Shown here in pieces: positions 46,738-55,541 of a stretch of DNA of 60,327 nt. The notes under the pieces are model-generated. The model did no database searches. It was not told where the DNA came from and worked only from the letters and a program-made list of their open reading frames with translations. The position numbers and the translations under genes are program-made. The DNA lies in the NCBI GenBank assembly GCA_964463325.1, contig CAYXBY010000002.1, positions 1 to 60,327 of the forward strand. The letters run 5' to 3'. The stretch comes from an uncultured Lachnospiraceae bacterium (GTDB lineage: Bacteria > Bacillota > Clostridia > Oscillospirales > CAG-272). Position 1 is the stretch's first letter; each line of letters begins with the position of its first letter.

Positions 46738-47619
46738 TTATTTCATACGGTCATATAGACCAATAAGTGTGTAGCCCGACTGTTCGAGCTCGAGGTATAG
46801 CAGGTAGCACAGCAGTGCATCGCTGTGACCACGGACTACGATGTAGTGCAGTGATGACGCCTCGTCATAATGCTGTGGAACAGAATCAAGGCGGCAGACA
46901 CTCAGCTGCATAAGCTCCGCTGCGCTGAGCAGGCAGTGCAGGGGGTGCATGTCCGAGGCGATGACGCTGAATTCAAGATAATGCTCACCGTCTGTCTTGG
47001 GTACGCCGGCATGCCGCGTCAGCAGTGCATAGCGCGTTGACTGCGTCCCGTCGCTGCTCTCGATGTCGCAGATGCGAAAGATCTTGAGCTCGAAGCGGTC
47101 GATGATGGAGTAAAAGCTCATCAGCTTGCCGTCGGTCGTGTTCTCAAGCGGGATGATGCAGCCGTCGCTCGAGCCGCTGCTGATGTCGTCGCACAGCTCG
47201 CCGAACGAGCGGCAGCCATGCTCACGCAGTGACGCCACGCCGAGCAGCCGTCCCCGCGCCTCGTCCGAATAGGGGTTGCTAACATAGGATATGACCGGCT
47301 GAGCGCCCTCGGCAGTACGCAGATAGCTTATGACGGCGTCGCGCCGCGGCAGCAGCAGTTCACTCCAAGTAAGGCCGGCGGCGCTGTATTCGACGTAAAG
47401 CCGCCGACAAAGCGCGGTTCGTGCTGCGGCATCCAGCGCCCCGCCGTCATTGAGACGGCGCCACAGGCGTGCGATATCGCGCAGCTGAGCCGTCTCGGGT
47501 AGCTCCGGCAGCGGCAGCTCGTCGATGACCAGCGCACGCAGACGGCTCAGCTTGTCCTCACACCGACATATATTGTTCAGATTTTTAACTATAATTTCGC
47601 GTGACGTGATGCTGTTCAT
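46738..47619 (-). CDS. hypothetical protein with divergent, shortened prephenate-dehydratase-like and ACT-like regions
   Basis: Residues ~105-200 resemble the PDT N-lobe (GCIIPLENTTDGKLMSFYSIID), then go straight to an STRYALLTR segment like the PDT TRF motif. A C-terminal ~80 aa is ACT-like (HYLEFSV...CRLDSVP...LHYIVV...LIGLY). The N-terminal ~100 aa are unassigned. Confidence 0.4.
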   Translation of the reverse strand: MNSITSREIIVKNLNNICRCEDKLSRLRALVIDELPLPELPETAQLRDIARLWRRLNDGGALDAAARTALCRRLYVEYSAAGLTWSELLLPRRDAVISYLRTAEGAQPVISYVSNPYSDEARGRLLGVASLREHGCRSFGELCDDISSGSSDGCIIPLENTTDGKLMSFYSIIDRFELKIFRICDIESSDGTQSTRYALLTRHAGVPKTDGEHYLEFSVIASDMHPLHCLLSAAELMQLSVCRLDSVPQHYDEASSLHYIVVRGHSDALLCYLLYLELEQSGYTLIGLYDRMK

Positions 47620-47620
47620 G

Positions 47621-49537
47621 TCAATAGTTGTTCAGCAGGCGATAGCTGTCGGCGAGAAAGGCATTGAGCTCCTCGGCCTCGAGACGTCTGTGAGCCATGA
47701 GCGACAGCCGCCAGATATAGCCCGCCATGAACTCCGCACGCTCCGTCGCCCCGGCCTCGACCGTCTCGGCAAGGTGTGCGTAGAGCGGCGATGCGGTGTT
47801 GAGTATCAGGCTTTGCGCTGCCATGGGCGCTGCGGCATCGGACTTGGTCATAAAGGCGTAAGCCTTCATAAAATCGTCCATGCGGCGCTGATCCTCATTG
47901 AGATTGAGCAGCGCGGGCGTCTCGGAATCCTTGAAGGCCTCGTAGCGCACCTCAAGCTTTTCGTTGCCGGTGACACGGCGGAATAGAGCCGTCAGGTCGG
48001 CGTTTTCGGCGGCATTGTCGCCGGTCGTCAGACCGGACACATCGGCGTCGACGCGCACAAAGCGCACCTTGTCGTAGACAGACTCGGCCGTCTGGATAAA
48101 CTGCTGGTCGACCATGTGGTCGAGCACGGCAACGCGCAGCCCCTGCGATGTGTAGAGCGAGATGTACTGCGACTGCTGGGCGGGATCGTTGGTGTAGTAG
48201 ATGGTGCGGATCTCGGTCGGCTCGGCCTTATCGGCCTCGGCGGAGGCGTCCTCGCCGGCGATGCCGAAATATTCGTCCACCGTGACGCAGCTGCCGTCGG
48301 TCAGGTGCAGCAGGACAGAGTTTTTGACGCGGTCAAAGAATTTGCGGTCGCGAACGGCGGCATATTCGATGAAGATGCGTATATCGCTCCAGATCTTGTT
48401 GTATTCCTCGCGCTCGGTGTTGCAGAGCGAATTGACCTTGTCGGCTATCTTTTTGACGATGTGTGCCGAGACGCGCGAGACATAGGTGTTGTTTTGCAGA
48501 TAACTGCGCGAGACGTTGAGCGGCAGCTCTGGGCAGTCCAGTACGCCGCGAAGCATGACGAGATATTCGGGCACCAGCTCCTTGACGTTGTCCGCCACGA
48601 ATACCTGGTTGTAATACAGCTTTACCTGCCCCTCAAGCGTGTCATATTCACTGCGCAGCTTGGGGAAGTACAGTATCCCCTTGAAATTCAGTGGGTAATC
48701 GGCATTGATGTGTATGCTGAACAGCGGGTCGTTGAAATCCGAGAACACCTTGTGGTAAAATTCCTTGTATTCCTCGGGTGTGCAGTCGGACGGGCGCTTG
48801 AGCCACAGCGGTGTTGTGTCGTTGACCGGCTTGGGAGCCTCGGCGGGCTTGTCCTCACCGGCGTCCTCACTGTCGTGCTTGTTTTCACCCTCGGCCTCAA
48901 GGTATATCTCGTAGGGCATGAAGGCGCAGTATTTTTCGAGCATTTCGCGAATGCGTGGCTCGTTGAGATACTCGGTCTCGTCCTCGGCAATGTGCATTAT
49001 CACGGCCGTGCCGCGCTGTGTGCGCTCGGAGGGCGATATCTCGTAGCTGCCGTCGTCGACGCAGTTCCAGTGCACGGCCTCTCCTCCGCTGTAGGACAGC
49101 GTGTCTATCTCGACGCGATCCGCGACCATAAAGCTGGAGTAAAAGCCAAGGCCAAAGTGACCGATGATGCCGCTTGAGTCCTTGCCATCCTCGCCCTCGC
49201 CCTCATACTTTTGGATGAATTCCAGCGCACCTGACAGCGCGATCTGGCAGATGTAGCGCCGCAGCTCGTCGGCGGTCATGCCGATGCCATTGTCCTCAAC
49301 GGTCAGGGTGCCGGCGGTCTTGTCGATGCTGACGGTTATTTTGTAGTCGTCGCTGCACTCAGCCTGTCCCAGCGAGCACAGACGCTTCATTTTGGTGATG
49401 GCGTCTGCGGCGTTTGAGACTATTTCGCGAAGGAAAATATCCTTTTCGGAGTACAGCCACCGCTTGATGATGGGGAAAATGTGCGCGGTTTCGACGGAAA
49501 TTCCGCCGCGCTCTGTTATATTGTTTTGTTCAGCCAT
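47621..49537 (-). CDS. htpG: molecular chaperone HtpG (Hsp90)
   Basis: GHKL ATPase N-terminus FLREIVSNAADAITK...GQFGLGFYS-like (IIGHFGLGFYSSF). 638 aa from ATG 49537, with an AAGGAGG RBS. Confidence 0.95.
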   Translation of the reverse strand: MAEQNNITERGGISVETAHIFPIIKRWLYSEKDIFLREIVSNAADAITKMKRLCSLGQAECSDDYKITVSIDKTAGTLTVEDNGIGMTADELRRYICQIALSGALEFIQKYEGEGEDGKDSSGIIGHFGLGFYSSFMVADRVEIDTLSYSGGEAVHWNCVDDGSYEISPSERTQRGTAVIMHIAEDETEYLNEPRIREMLEKYCAFMPYEIYLEAEGENKHDSEDAGEDKPAEAPKPVNDTTPLWLKRPSDCTPEEYKEFYHKVFSDFNDPLFSIHINADYPLNFKGILYFPKLRSEYDTLEGQVKLYYNQVFVADNVKELVPEYLVMLRGVLDCPELPLNVSRSYLQNNTYVSRVSAHIVKKIADKVNSLCNTEREEYNKIWSDIRIFIEYAAVRDRKFFDRVKNSVLLHLTDGSCVTVDEYFGIAGEDASAEADKAEPTEIRTIYYTNDPAQQSQYISLYTSQGLRVAVLDHMVDQQFIQTAESVYDKVRFVRVDADVSGLTTGDNAAENADLTALFRRVTGNEKLEVRYEAFKDSETPALLNLNEDQRRMDDFMKAYAFMTKSDAAAPMAAQSLILNTASPLYAHLAETVEAGATERAEFMAGYIWRLSLMAHRRLEAEELNAFLADSYRLLNNY

Positions 49538-49566
49538 AAAAATCAACCTCCTTGACTAAACTTTAC

Positions 49567-51135
49567 TTATCTACGCTTGTTTTTCTTGCCGCGCCGACGG
49601 TTTTTGCTGTCCTTGCCGTTGTGCTTGCCGCCAGCGTTGTTTTTGGAGCCTTTGGCGGGCTTTGTAGCCTTGTTCGCAGCCACAGACGGCTTGTCTTCAA
49701 CGACGCTTTTGACGTCAGCGTTGACCATTGTGCTACCGGGCTCCGCATCAGCGTCGGCCTTTGTGCTCATTTTATCATTTTTGACTTTGTTGCCTTTTTT
49801 GCCCTTTGAAGTAGCCTTGCCGCTCTTTCCACGACCGAATATACGGCCGAAAAAGCCGGATACCGCCCGCCACAGCAGCTTGAAAAAGTCGATGATCTTG
49901 CGGATGGCGCGGACTATCAGCCCCTCATGCTTTTCGTGCTCATGCTCCTCGCCCACAGCATAATAGTCGTCCAGCGAGACAGACATCCCGCGTGCCTCGA
50001 GGCGCGAATTGACCACCCTGCGGATGATCTCGCCGACCACGACGAAGAAGGGAACGCCGAGTATCATGCCGCCGATGCCGAAGTAGCCGCCCATTATCGT
50101 GATGGCGCACAGCACACCGAGCGACGACATGCCCGTCGTCGAGCCGACCAGCTTAGGCAGCACGAAGTTGCCATCTATCTGCTGGATGAGCACCAGCAGT
50201 ATGATGAACAGCAGCAGCTTTTCGGGCGCCGAGATGAAAACGATGAAGCCGGCGGGTATTCCGCCTATGAACGGGCCGAAAACTGGAATGATATTTGTGA
50301 TGCCGATGATGAAGGCCAGCAGCACCGAGTAGGGCATGCCGGTAATGCTCATCACCAGCGCACATTCGACCGCTACCAGCAGCGCGTCGAGCAACTGAGC
50401 CTTGACGTAGTTGCCGAAGGTGCCGTTTGTAAAGCGCACCCAGCCCATAAAGCCGGCATATTTCTTTTCGGAGAGCAGGGCGGAGAGTATTTTCTTGATC
50501 TGGGCCGCCAGACGCTCCTTGGAGATGAGCAGGTATATCGAGATGAACAGTCCAAACAGGATATTTTTGAGCCCCACTGCAATCGACGAGGCGTAATTGA
50601 CCACGTACCCCGCAATCGTCGAGAAAATTCCGCTGGAGAAGTTGAATATCTCGCTGACGGTGCGCTGGATATCGTTTATGTTGATGTACCTGTCCATGTC
50701 GCGATCCTCGGACGCGGCGGTGAAGCTGTATATCAGCTTGTTGACCAACGTTATGGCCTTGTCGGTATATGAGCGCAGGCTGGAGGTAAAGCTGTTAAAG
50801 CTGCTTGCCAGCTGCGGGACGACGATAAGCAGTACAAACGAGAGCGCCAGCAGCACGACAAGGTAGGTCAGCACCATAGAGAGCGCTCGGCGGGCGCCGT
50901 GTGACTTCATTTTTTTGAAAACGCGCCTCTCGAACAATGTCAGCAGCGGGTTGCAAAGATATGCTATTGCACCGCCAACTATCAGCGGCGCCAGAACCGA
51001 CATGGTGCTTTTCAGCCATGCCGAGATTACGGCGTTATTGATGATAATAATGAACAGCAGTACAAGCACTGCATATACCGCTATGGAGGCCATTATTATC
51101 GTATTCTTTTTGCTTTTCTGTTGTTCGTTTTGCAT
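49567..51135 (-). CDS. AI-2E family (PerM/YdiK-like) transporter with ~135-aa Lys-rich C-terminal tail
   Basis: 8-TM AI-2E-type core (…NIIPVFGPFIGGIPAGFIVF…). The tail is rich in K/G/N and ends ...GKDSKNRRRGKKNKRR. Confidence 0.8.
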   Translation of the reverse strand: MQNEQQKSKKNTIIMASIAVYAVLVLLFIIIINNAVISAWLKSTMSVLAPLIVGGAIAYLCNPLLTLFERRVFKKMKSHGARRALSMVLTYLVVLLALSFVLLIVVPQLASSFNSFTSSLRSYTDKAITLVNKLIYSFTAASEDRDMDRYININDIQRTVSEIFNFSSGIFSTIAGYVVNYASSIAVGLKNILFGLFISIYLLISKERLAAQIKKILSALLSEKKYAGFMGWVRFTNGTFGNYVKAQLLDALLVAVECALVMSITGMPYSVLLAFIIGITNIIPVFGPFIGGIPAGFIVFISAPEKLLLFIILLVLIQQIDGNFVLPKLVGSTTGMSSLGVLCAITIMGGYFGIGGMILGVPFFVVVGEIIRRVVNSRLEARGMSVSLDDYYAVGEEHEHEKHEGLIVRAIRKIIDFFKLLWRAVSGFFGRIFGRGKSGKATSKGKKGNKVKNDKMSTKADADAEPGSTMVNADVKSVVEDKPSVAANKATKPAKGSKNNAGGKHNGKDSKNRRRGKKNKRR

Positions 51136-51232
51136 TGGGTGCTCCTATGTGAGAGATTTATGTCGGCAGGGCGCTGTGCAGCACGAGGACACGGAAGAGA
51201 AAACAGTACACCACTCTATCAATACTTCCTAT

Positions 51233-51261
51233 ATTATATACCATAAACCGAATTTAGTCAA
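51233..51261 (-). promoter_or_regulatory. consensus sigma-70-type promoter for the AI-2E/htpG gene string
   Basis: On the minus strand: TTGACT, 17 nt, TATAAT. Implies a leader of about 90 nt before ATG 51135. Confidence 0.55.
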
Positions 51262-51288
51262 TATATTAAATATAAAATCAAATTATTC

Positions 51289-51317
51289 TTGATTTTTTTC
51301 TCGTATTGTGGTATATT
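51289..51317 (+). promoter_or_regulatory. sigma-70-type promoter for ispE
   Basis: TTGATT (51289-51294), 17 nt, TATATT (51312-51317), with a TGg extended -10. Confidence 0.5.
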
Positions 51318-51346
51318 GTAAGGGATGATTATAATGGGAGGTCTGC

Positions 51347-52228
51347 ATGGACGGCATTTTGATCACAGCTGCGGCTAAAATCAACCTTTTTCTTGAGGTC
51401 ACGGCGCGGCGGACGGACGGATATCACGATATTTTGAGCGTGATGCAGTCGGTCTCACTGTGCGATGAGCTGGAGCTTTGTCTGAGAGGGCAGGGCATAA
51501 CGCTCGACTGCGGCGACGCACCGCTTGACGGTGGCCCCAAAAATCTTGCATATCGCGCGGCACGGCTGTATCTTGAGTATGTTGGTGCCGACTGTGGTGT
51601 CGATATACGGCTGACCAAGCGAATACCCATGCAGGCTGGTCTCGGCGGCGGCAGCAGCGATGCGGCGGCGGTGTTGATTGGTCTCAATCGCCTGCTTGGG
51701 CGGCCGCTCGACCTCGAGCAGCTGATGCTCCTCGGTGTCAAGCTGGGGGCCGACGTACCCTTTTGCATTATGGGCGGCTGCGCGAGGGCAGAGGGCGTCG
51801 GAGAGCAGCTTGCTGCGCTGCCGAAAATGCCGGATTGCAGTATCGTCATATGCTGCCCGCCAGAGCGCATAAGCACCCCGGCAGCCTATGGCGAGCTTGA
51901 CCGTCTTCACGGCAGCTTTGCTGCGGGCGCTTACCGACCGCGTAGCCTTGACGGTATGTTGGCGGCGCTGAGCACATCACACCTGGCTAATATATGTGGT
52001 GAGATGCACAATATATTTGAAGATGTGACGTCGTCACGCGGCGACATCCAAGAGATAAAGCGCTGCATGACAGGCGCTGGAGCGTCGGCGGCGCTGCTCA
52101 GTGGAAGCGGACCGTCGGTATTTGGAATATTTGAAAATAACGATCACGCCCGGCGGTGCGCGGATATGCTCAAAGAGCAATATGCCGATGTTTATGTATG
52201 CGCACCTGTGGCGGCGAATAAAATTTAA
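51347..52228 (+). CDS. ispE: 4-(cytidine 5'-diphospho)-2-C-methyl-D-erythritol kinase
   Basis: GHMP kinase motif PMQAGLGGGSSDAAAV. N-terminus AAAKINLFLEVTARRTDGYHDI. Confidence 0.93.
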   Translation: MDGILITAAAKINLFLEVTARRTDGYHDILSVMQSVSLCDELELCLRGQGITLDCGDAPLDGGPKNLAYRAARLYLEYVGADCGVDIRLTKRIPMQAGLGGGSSDAAAVLIGLNRLLGRPLDLEQLMLLGVKLGADVPFCIMGGCARAEGVGEQLAALPKMPDCSIVICCPPERISTPAAYGELDRLHGSFAAGAYRPRSLDGMLAALSTSHLANICGEMHNIFEDVTSSRGDIQEIKRCMTGAGASAALLSGSGPSVFGIFENNDHARRCADMLKEQYADVYVCAPVAANKI

Positions 52229-52233
52229 GAGAG

Positions 52234-53400
52234 GTGACACAGTTGTCTGATATTTATCATGGCCGCGGGGACGAGCGGCTGTATGATGACTACCTGGATT
52301 TTATCAACTATGTTTTTGGCTTCAACGGCAACAGCGAGGATTTTCGCAAGCTGCTGCCCAAGCTGTATGGGCGGGAGGATAAGCCGGTCGAGAGCTCGTA
52401 TATCACGCTTGAGGACGGCAAGCTTCGCGCGGCCGTCGGTGCCTTTGACCACACGCTGAGCGTTTGCGGTCGTGAGCTGCGCTGCCGCGGCATTGGCAAT
52501 GTGGCGGTGCACCCATATCACCGCTCGCGCGGCTTTATGCGCAAGCTTATGACGATGGCGGTCGATGATATGATATCCGATGGCATTGTGCTGTCGGAGC
52601 TGGGTGGTCGCCGCCAGCGCTACAACTATTTTGCTTTTGAAAAAACGGGCACAGCCTATCGCTTCACCGTCAATTCGGACAACATCCGTCACTGCTTTGG
52701 CGCGGACGCTGTCCGAAGCTGCCCGCTGTCGCTGCGCCGCGTTACGGCGGAGGATGACGAGCTGCTCGGGATGATGTCCGGGCTGTGCGCATCACAAATA
52801 TATAATCCGCGTCGAAACGGAGAGGATTTCTTTGATATAGTGACGTCATGGCACTGCGTGCCATATGCTTTTATGAAGGGAGACGCCTTCGTTGGCTACG
52901 CCATTGCGGGCTCCAAGGCAGTTCACGAGATAGTGCTGACCGAGGGCGCTGAGCTGCCTAACGCCGTTGTCGCGCTGTACGGTACGCTCGGCACGGCCTT
53001 CACTCTCACGCTCCCGCCCTTCCGCCCCGACTACATACGCAGTCTTTACCGCATCTGCGAGAGCTATGAGGTGGTGACGGACAAGAGCTTTTGCGTTTTG
53101 AATTACTGTGCGGTGCTCGACGCCTTTGCAAGCCTCAAGCTGACCTACACCTCGGTTCCCGACGGCGCGCTGACGCTGCTCATACACGGCCGCGCGGGCG
53201 ACGAGCGGCTGCGTTTGACGGTGACTCGTGGCGAGGTGACGGTCGAGAGCTATGACGGTGAGGTCGAGCTTGAGTTGGAGCACATTGACGCCATGAATCT
53301 GCTGTTTTCACCGTTTTGCCCGGGCAGGGATGAGCTATCCGATTTTGCGCGGCTGCTTCTGCCGCTTCCGCTGTGGCTGTATTATGCCGATGCGGTCTGA
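52234..53400 (+). CDS. GNAT-family N-acetyltransferase, Eis-like (GNAT plus SCP2-like C-terminal region)
   Basis: Acetyl-CoA site region IGNVAVHPYHRSRGFMRKLM. ~390 aa, the typical length of Eis-type enzymes. Start uncertain (GTG 52234 or TTG 52243). Confidence 0.7.
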   Translation: MTQLSDIYHGRGDERLYDDYLDFINYVFGFNGNSEDFRKLLPKLYGREDKPVESSYITLEDGKLRAAVGAFDHTLSVCGRELRCRGIGNVAVHPYHRSRGFMRKLMTMAVDDMISDGIVLSELGGRRQRYNYFAFEKTGTAYRFTVNSDNIRHCFGADAVRSCPLSLRRVTAEDDELLGMMSGLCASQIYNPRRNGEDFFDIVTSWHCVPYAFMKGDAFVGYAIAGSKAVHEIVLTEGAELPNAVVALYGTLGTAFTLTLPPFRPDYIRSLYRICESYEVVTDKSFCVLNYCAVLDAFASLKLTYTSVPDGALTLLIHGRAGDERLRLTVTRGEVTVESYDGEVELELEHIDAMNLLFSPFCPGRDELSDFARLLLPLPLWLYYADAV

Positions 53401-53418
53401 TCATGGGGGGATCTAACA

Positions 53419-54219
53419 GTGATTGAATTTAACGATTGTCTGTATTTTTTGCTTGATCGAAGCTTTTCGCTCGGCAGCACGGCCAAGATCATTATTATGA
53501 TCGCTCTCATGCTTGGCAGCGCGGCCATTGCCTATCTTTTGGGCAGTATAAACAGCGCTGTCATCATCTCGCGGCTGTTTTATCACGAGGATATACGCTC
53601 CCATGGCAGCGGAAATGCCGGCGCCACCAATATGCTTCGCACCTACGGCAAGCTGGCCGCGGGACTTACGCTGCTCGGCGACATGCTCAAATGCGCGGTG
53701 GCGGTCATCATCGGTGCACTGCTGTGGATCGACGGCGCATATATCGCCGGTGTGTTTTGCGTGGTGGGGCACGTTTTCCCATGCTGGCACGGCTTCCGCG
53801 GCGGCAAGGGTGTCGCGGTCACGGCGATGGTGGCGGCGCTGACCTGTCCGATAGTGTTTTTGATACTACTGGTGATCTTCCTCATAATACTGATCGGGAC
53901 AAAATACGTCTCACTGGCCTCGATTATGGCGGCGCTGCTTTACCCGGTGTTTATGTCCTCGTGGAATTCAATTACCAACAATGAGGGTAGCTTTAATGTG
54001 GTGATGGCCTTTCTTCAGACGGCTATTATACTTGTGATGCATCGAGAAAACATGAAGCGACTGATGGATAAGACCGAGTCGAAAATATCGTTGGGGCGTG
54101 GCAGCAGGAGCGCGACTGAGAGCGAGCCGACACCGCCGCAGGAGTTTGATGAGAGCGAGTTCGCTCCGCACTATGTAGAGCGCAAAAAGAAGAAAAAAAG
54201 CAGGAAGGGCAAAAGATAA
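53419..54219 (+). CDS. plsY: glycerol-3-phosphate acyltransferase PlsY with charged C-terminal extension
   Basis: AYLLGSINSAVIISR and GSGNAGATNMLR motifs. GGGGGGA RBS lies before GTG 53419 (alternative ATG 53497). The ~60-aa tail ends ERKKKKKSRKGKR. Confidence 0.88.
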   Translation: MIEFNDCLYFLLDRSFSLGSTAKIIIMIALMLGSAAIAYLLGSINSAVIISRLFYHEDIRSHGSGNAGATNMLRTYGKLAAGLTLLGDMLKCAVAVIIGALLWIDGAYIAGVFCVVGHVFPCWHGFRGGKGVAVTAMVAALTCPIVFLILLVIFLIILIGTKYVSLASIMAALLYPVFMSSWNSITNNEGSFNVVMAFLQTAIILVMHRENMKRLMDKTESKISLGRGSRSATESEPTPPQEFDESEFAPHYVERKKKKKSRKGKR

Positions 54220-55388
54220 TGTCGAAGGATCCACGTACCGCAGAGGCGCGGCTGATAGAGCTGATCGGCGACGCTGCCGACCGCGGAAGCTTGCGCCGGG
54301 TGGTGCTTTCAAAGCCAAATAATGCTTCGGTCAAGCGAGCGGAGCTGCGGCAGATAATGCTGTCGCGAGGAGCGGCGCTTCAGCTTGAGACATTTACGAC
54401 TGATAATAAGGCCTACCAGCGCAACATACCATTGCAGCAGGTCTCGATCGAGCTGGGTCCGGTGATACTCGGTTATCGCCAGGTCAACATTATGACGGCG
54501 GCTGGTGACTGTGAATATCGGCGTTCAAAATCCGGCAATTCTGTCCTGCTTGGGGCGGATAAGCTGGAGGGGGCGTTGTCGGTGCACAAGGGCGCTGACA
54601 GCGTGATTCAAACTAATGACCGCACCAAGGCGCATATATTGAGTGGCGCAGAGCCATTTTTGCAGCTTTTGGATGTCAGCGATGCCCGGGGACGGGTGTA
54701 CGACAAAAAGCAGTCAAAATTTCGCCAGATCAATAAGTTTCTTGAGCACATACAGCAGGTAGAGCGTTATCTGCCACATGACCGTATCCGAATTTGCGAC
54801 CTTTGCTGCGGAAAGAGCTACCTCTCTTTTGCGGTCTACCATTATTTCCGCTTTATTCGCGGCATGGAGGTCAGCATGACAGGGGTGGATCTCAAGCCGG
54901 ATGTTATCGATTATTGTTCACAGATCGCTAAAAAGCTGGAGTTTGACGGGCTTGATTTCGTCTGCGGTGATATCAATGACTATCACACAGACGAGCTGCC
55001 GCAGCTGGTGATATCGCTGCATGCATGCGATGTTGCGACCGATGTAGTGCTACAAAAGGCGGCGGGCTGGCACACGCCGGTGATACTTTCGACACCCTGC
55101 TGCCACCATGAGCTCAATCACACGCTCAACTGCCCCGAGCTTTCGTTTATTTCAGATTACTCCATGCTGCGTCAAAAGCTGTGCGACGCGGCAACGGATG
55201 CCCTGCGTCTGTGTCTGCTCGAGTCGCAGGGCTACACGACGGCAGCACTTGAGCTGATCGATCCCGAGGAGACGCCGAAAAACATCATGCTGCGTGCCAT
55301 ACTGCGACGCGATTTTGACCCTGCGGGGGCCGAAGCGGCGGCGCTTAGACAGCGGTATGAACAGGCTTGCAGATTTTTGATACAATAA
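54219..55388 (+). CDS. SAM-dependent methyltransferase (Methyltransf_32-like) with ~190-aa uncharacterised N-terminal region
   Basis: ICDLCCGKSYLS (motif I), VDLKPDVIDYC, FVCGDI, and SLHACDVATD...STPCCHHEL. TAATG overlap with the plsY stop. Confidence 0.7.
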   Translation: MSKDPRTAEARLIELIGDAADRGSLRRVVLSKPNNASVKRAELRQIMLSRGAALQLETFTTDNKAYQRNIPLQQVSIELGPVILGYRQVNIMTAAGDCEYRRSKSGNSVLLGADKLEGALSVHKGADSVIQTNDRTKAHILSGAEPFLQLLDVSDARGRVYDKKQSKFRQINKFLEHIQQVERYLPHDRIRICDLCCGKSYLSFAVYHYFRFIRGMEVSMTGVDLKPDVIDYCSQIAKKLEFDGLDFVCGDINDYHTDELPQLVISLHACDVATDVVLQKAAGWHTPVILSTPCCHHELNHTLNCPELSFISDYSMLRQKLCDAATDALRLCLLESQGYTTAALELIDPEETPKNIMLRAILRRDFDPAGAEAAALRQRYEQACRFLIQ

Positions 55389-55481
55389 TTCTCTCACAGG
55401 GGCGAGGCGCACAGCGCACCGCCCCTATAAAATATGCCTAAAAAATTGTGCTTTTGGGAGCCCGTTTCGGCATATGGAATA

Positions 55482-55510
55482 TTGTAAAAACGCGTTTTTT
55501 GTGGTACAAT
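55482..55510 (+). promoter_or_regulatory. sigma-70-type promoter for metY-metA
   Basis: TTGTAA (55482-55487), 17 nt, TACAAT (55505-55510), with a TGg extended -10. Only about 25 nt of leader precede ATG 55542. Confidence 0.5.
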
Positions 55511-55541
55511 AATAAAAAGCTTTTATTGGGTGGAGGTTAGT

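Noticed and set aside
51327-51335. Second -10-like element (TGATTATAAT) just before ispE.
   Set aside because: It lies only 11 nt from the ATG and overlaps the RBS region. The upstream TTGATT-17-TATATT promoter is better placed.
55398-55426. Hairpin AGGGGCG..GCGC-ACA-GCGC..CGCCCCT after the methyltransferase gene, as an intrinsic terminator.
   Set aside because: The stem is reasonable, but it is followed by ATAAAATATG with no T-run. It may be a weak or Rho-assisted stop, and I cannot support a confident terminator call.
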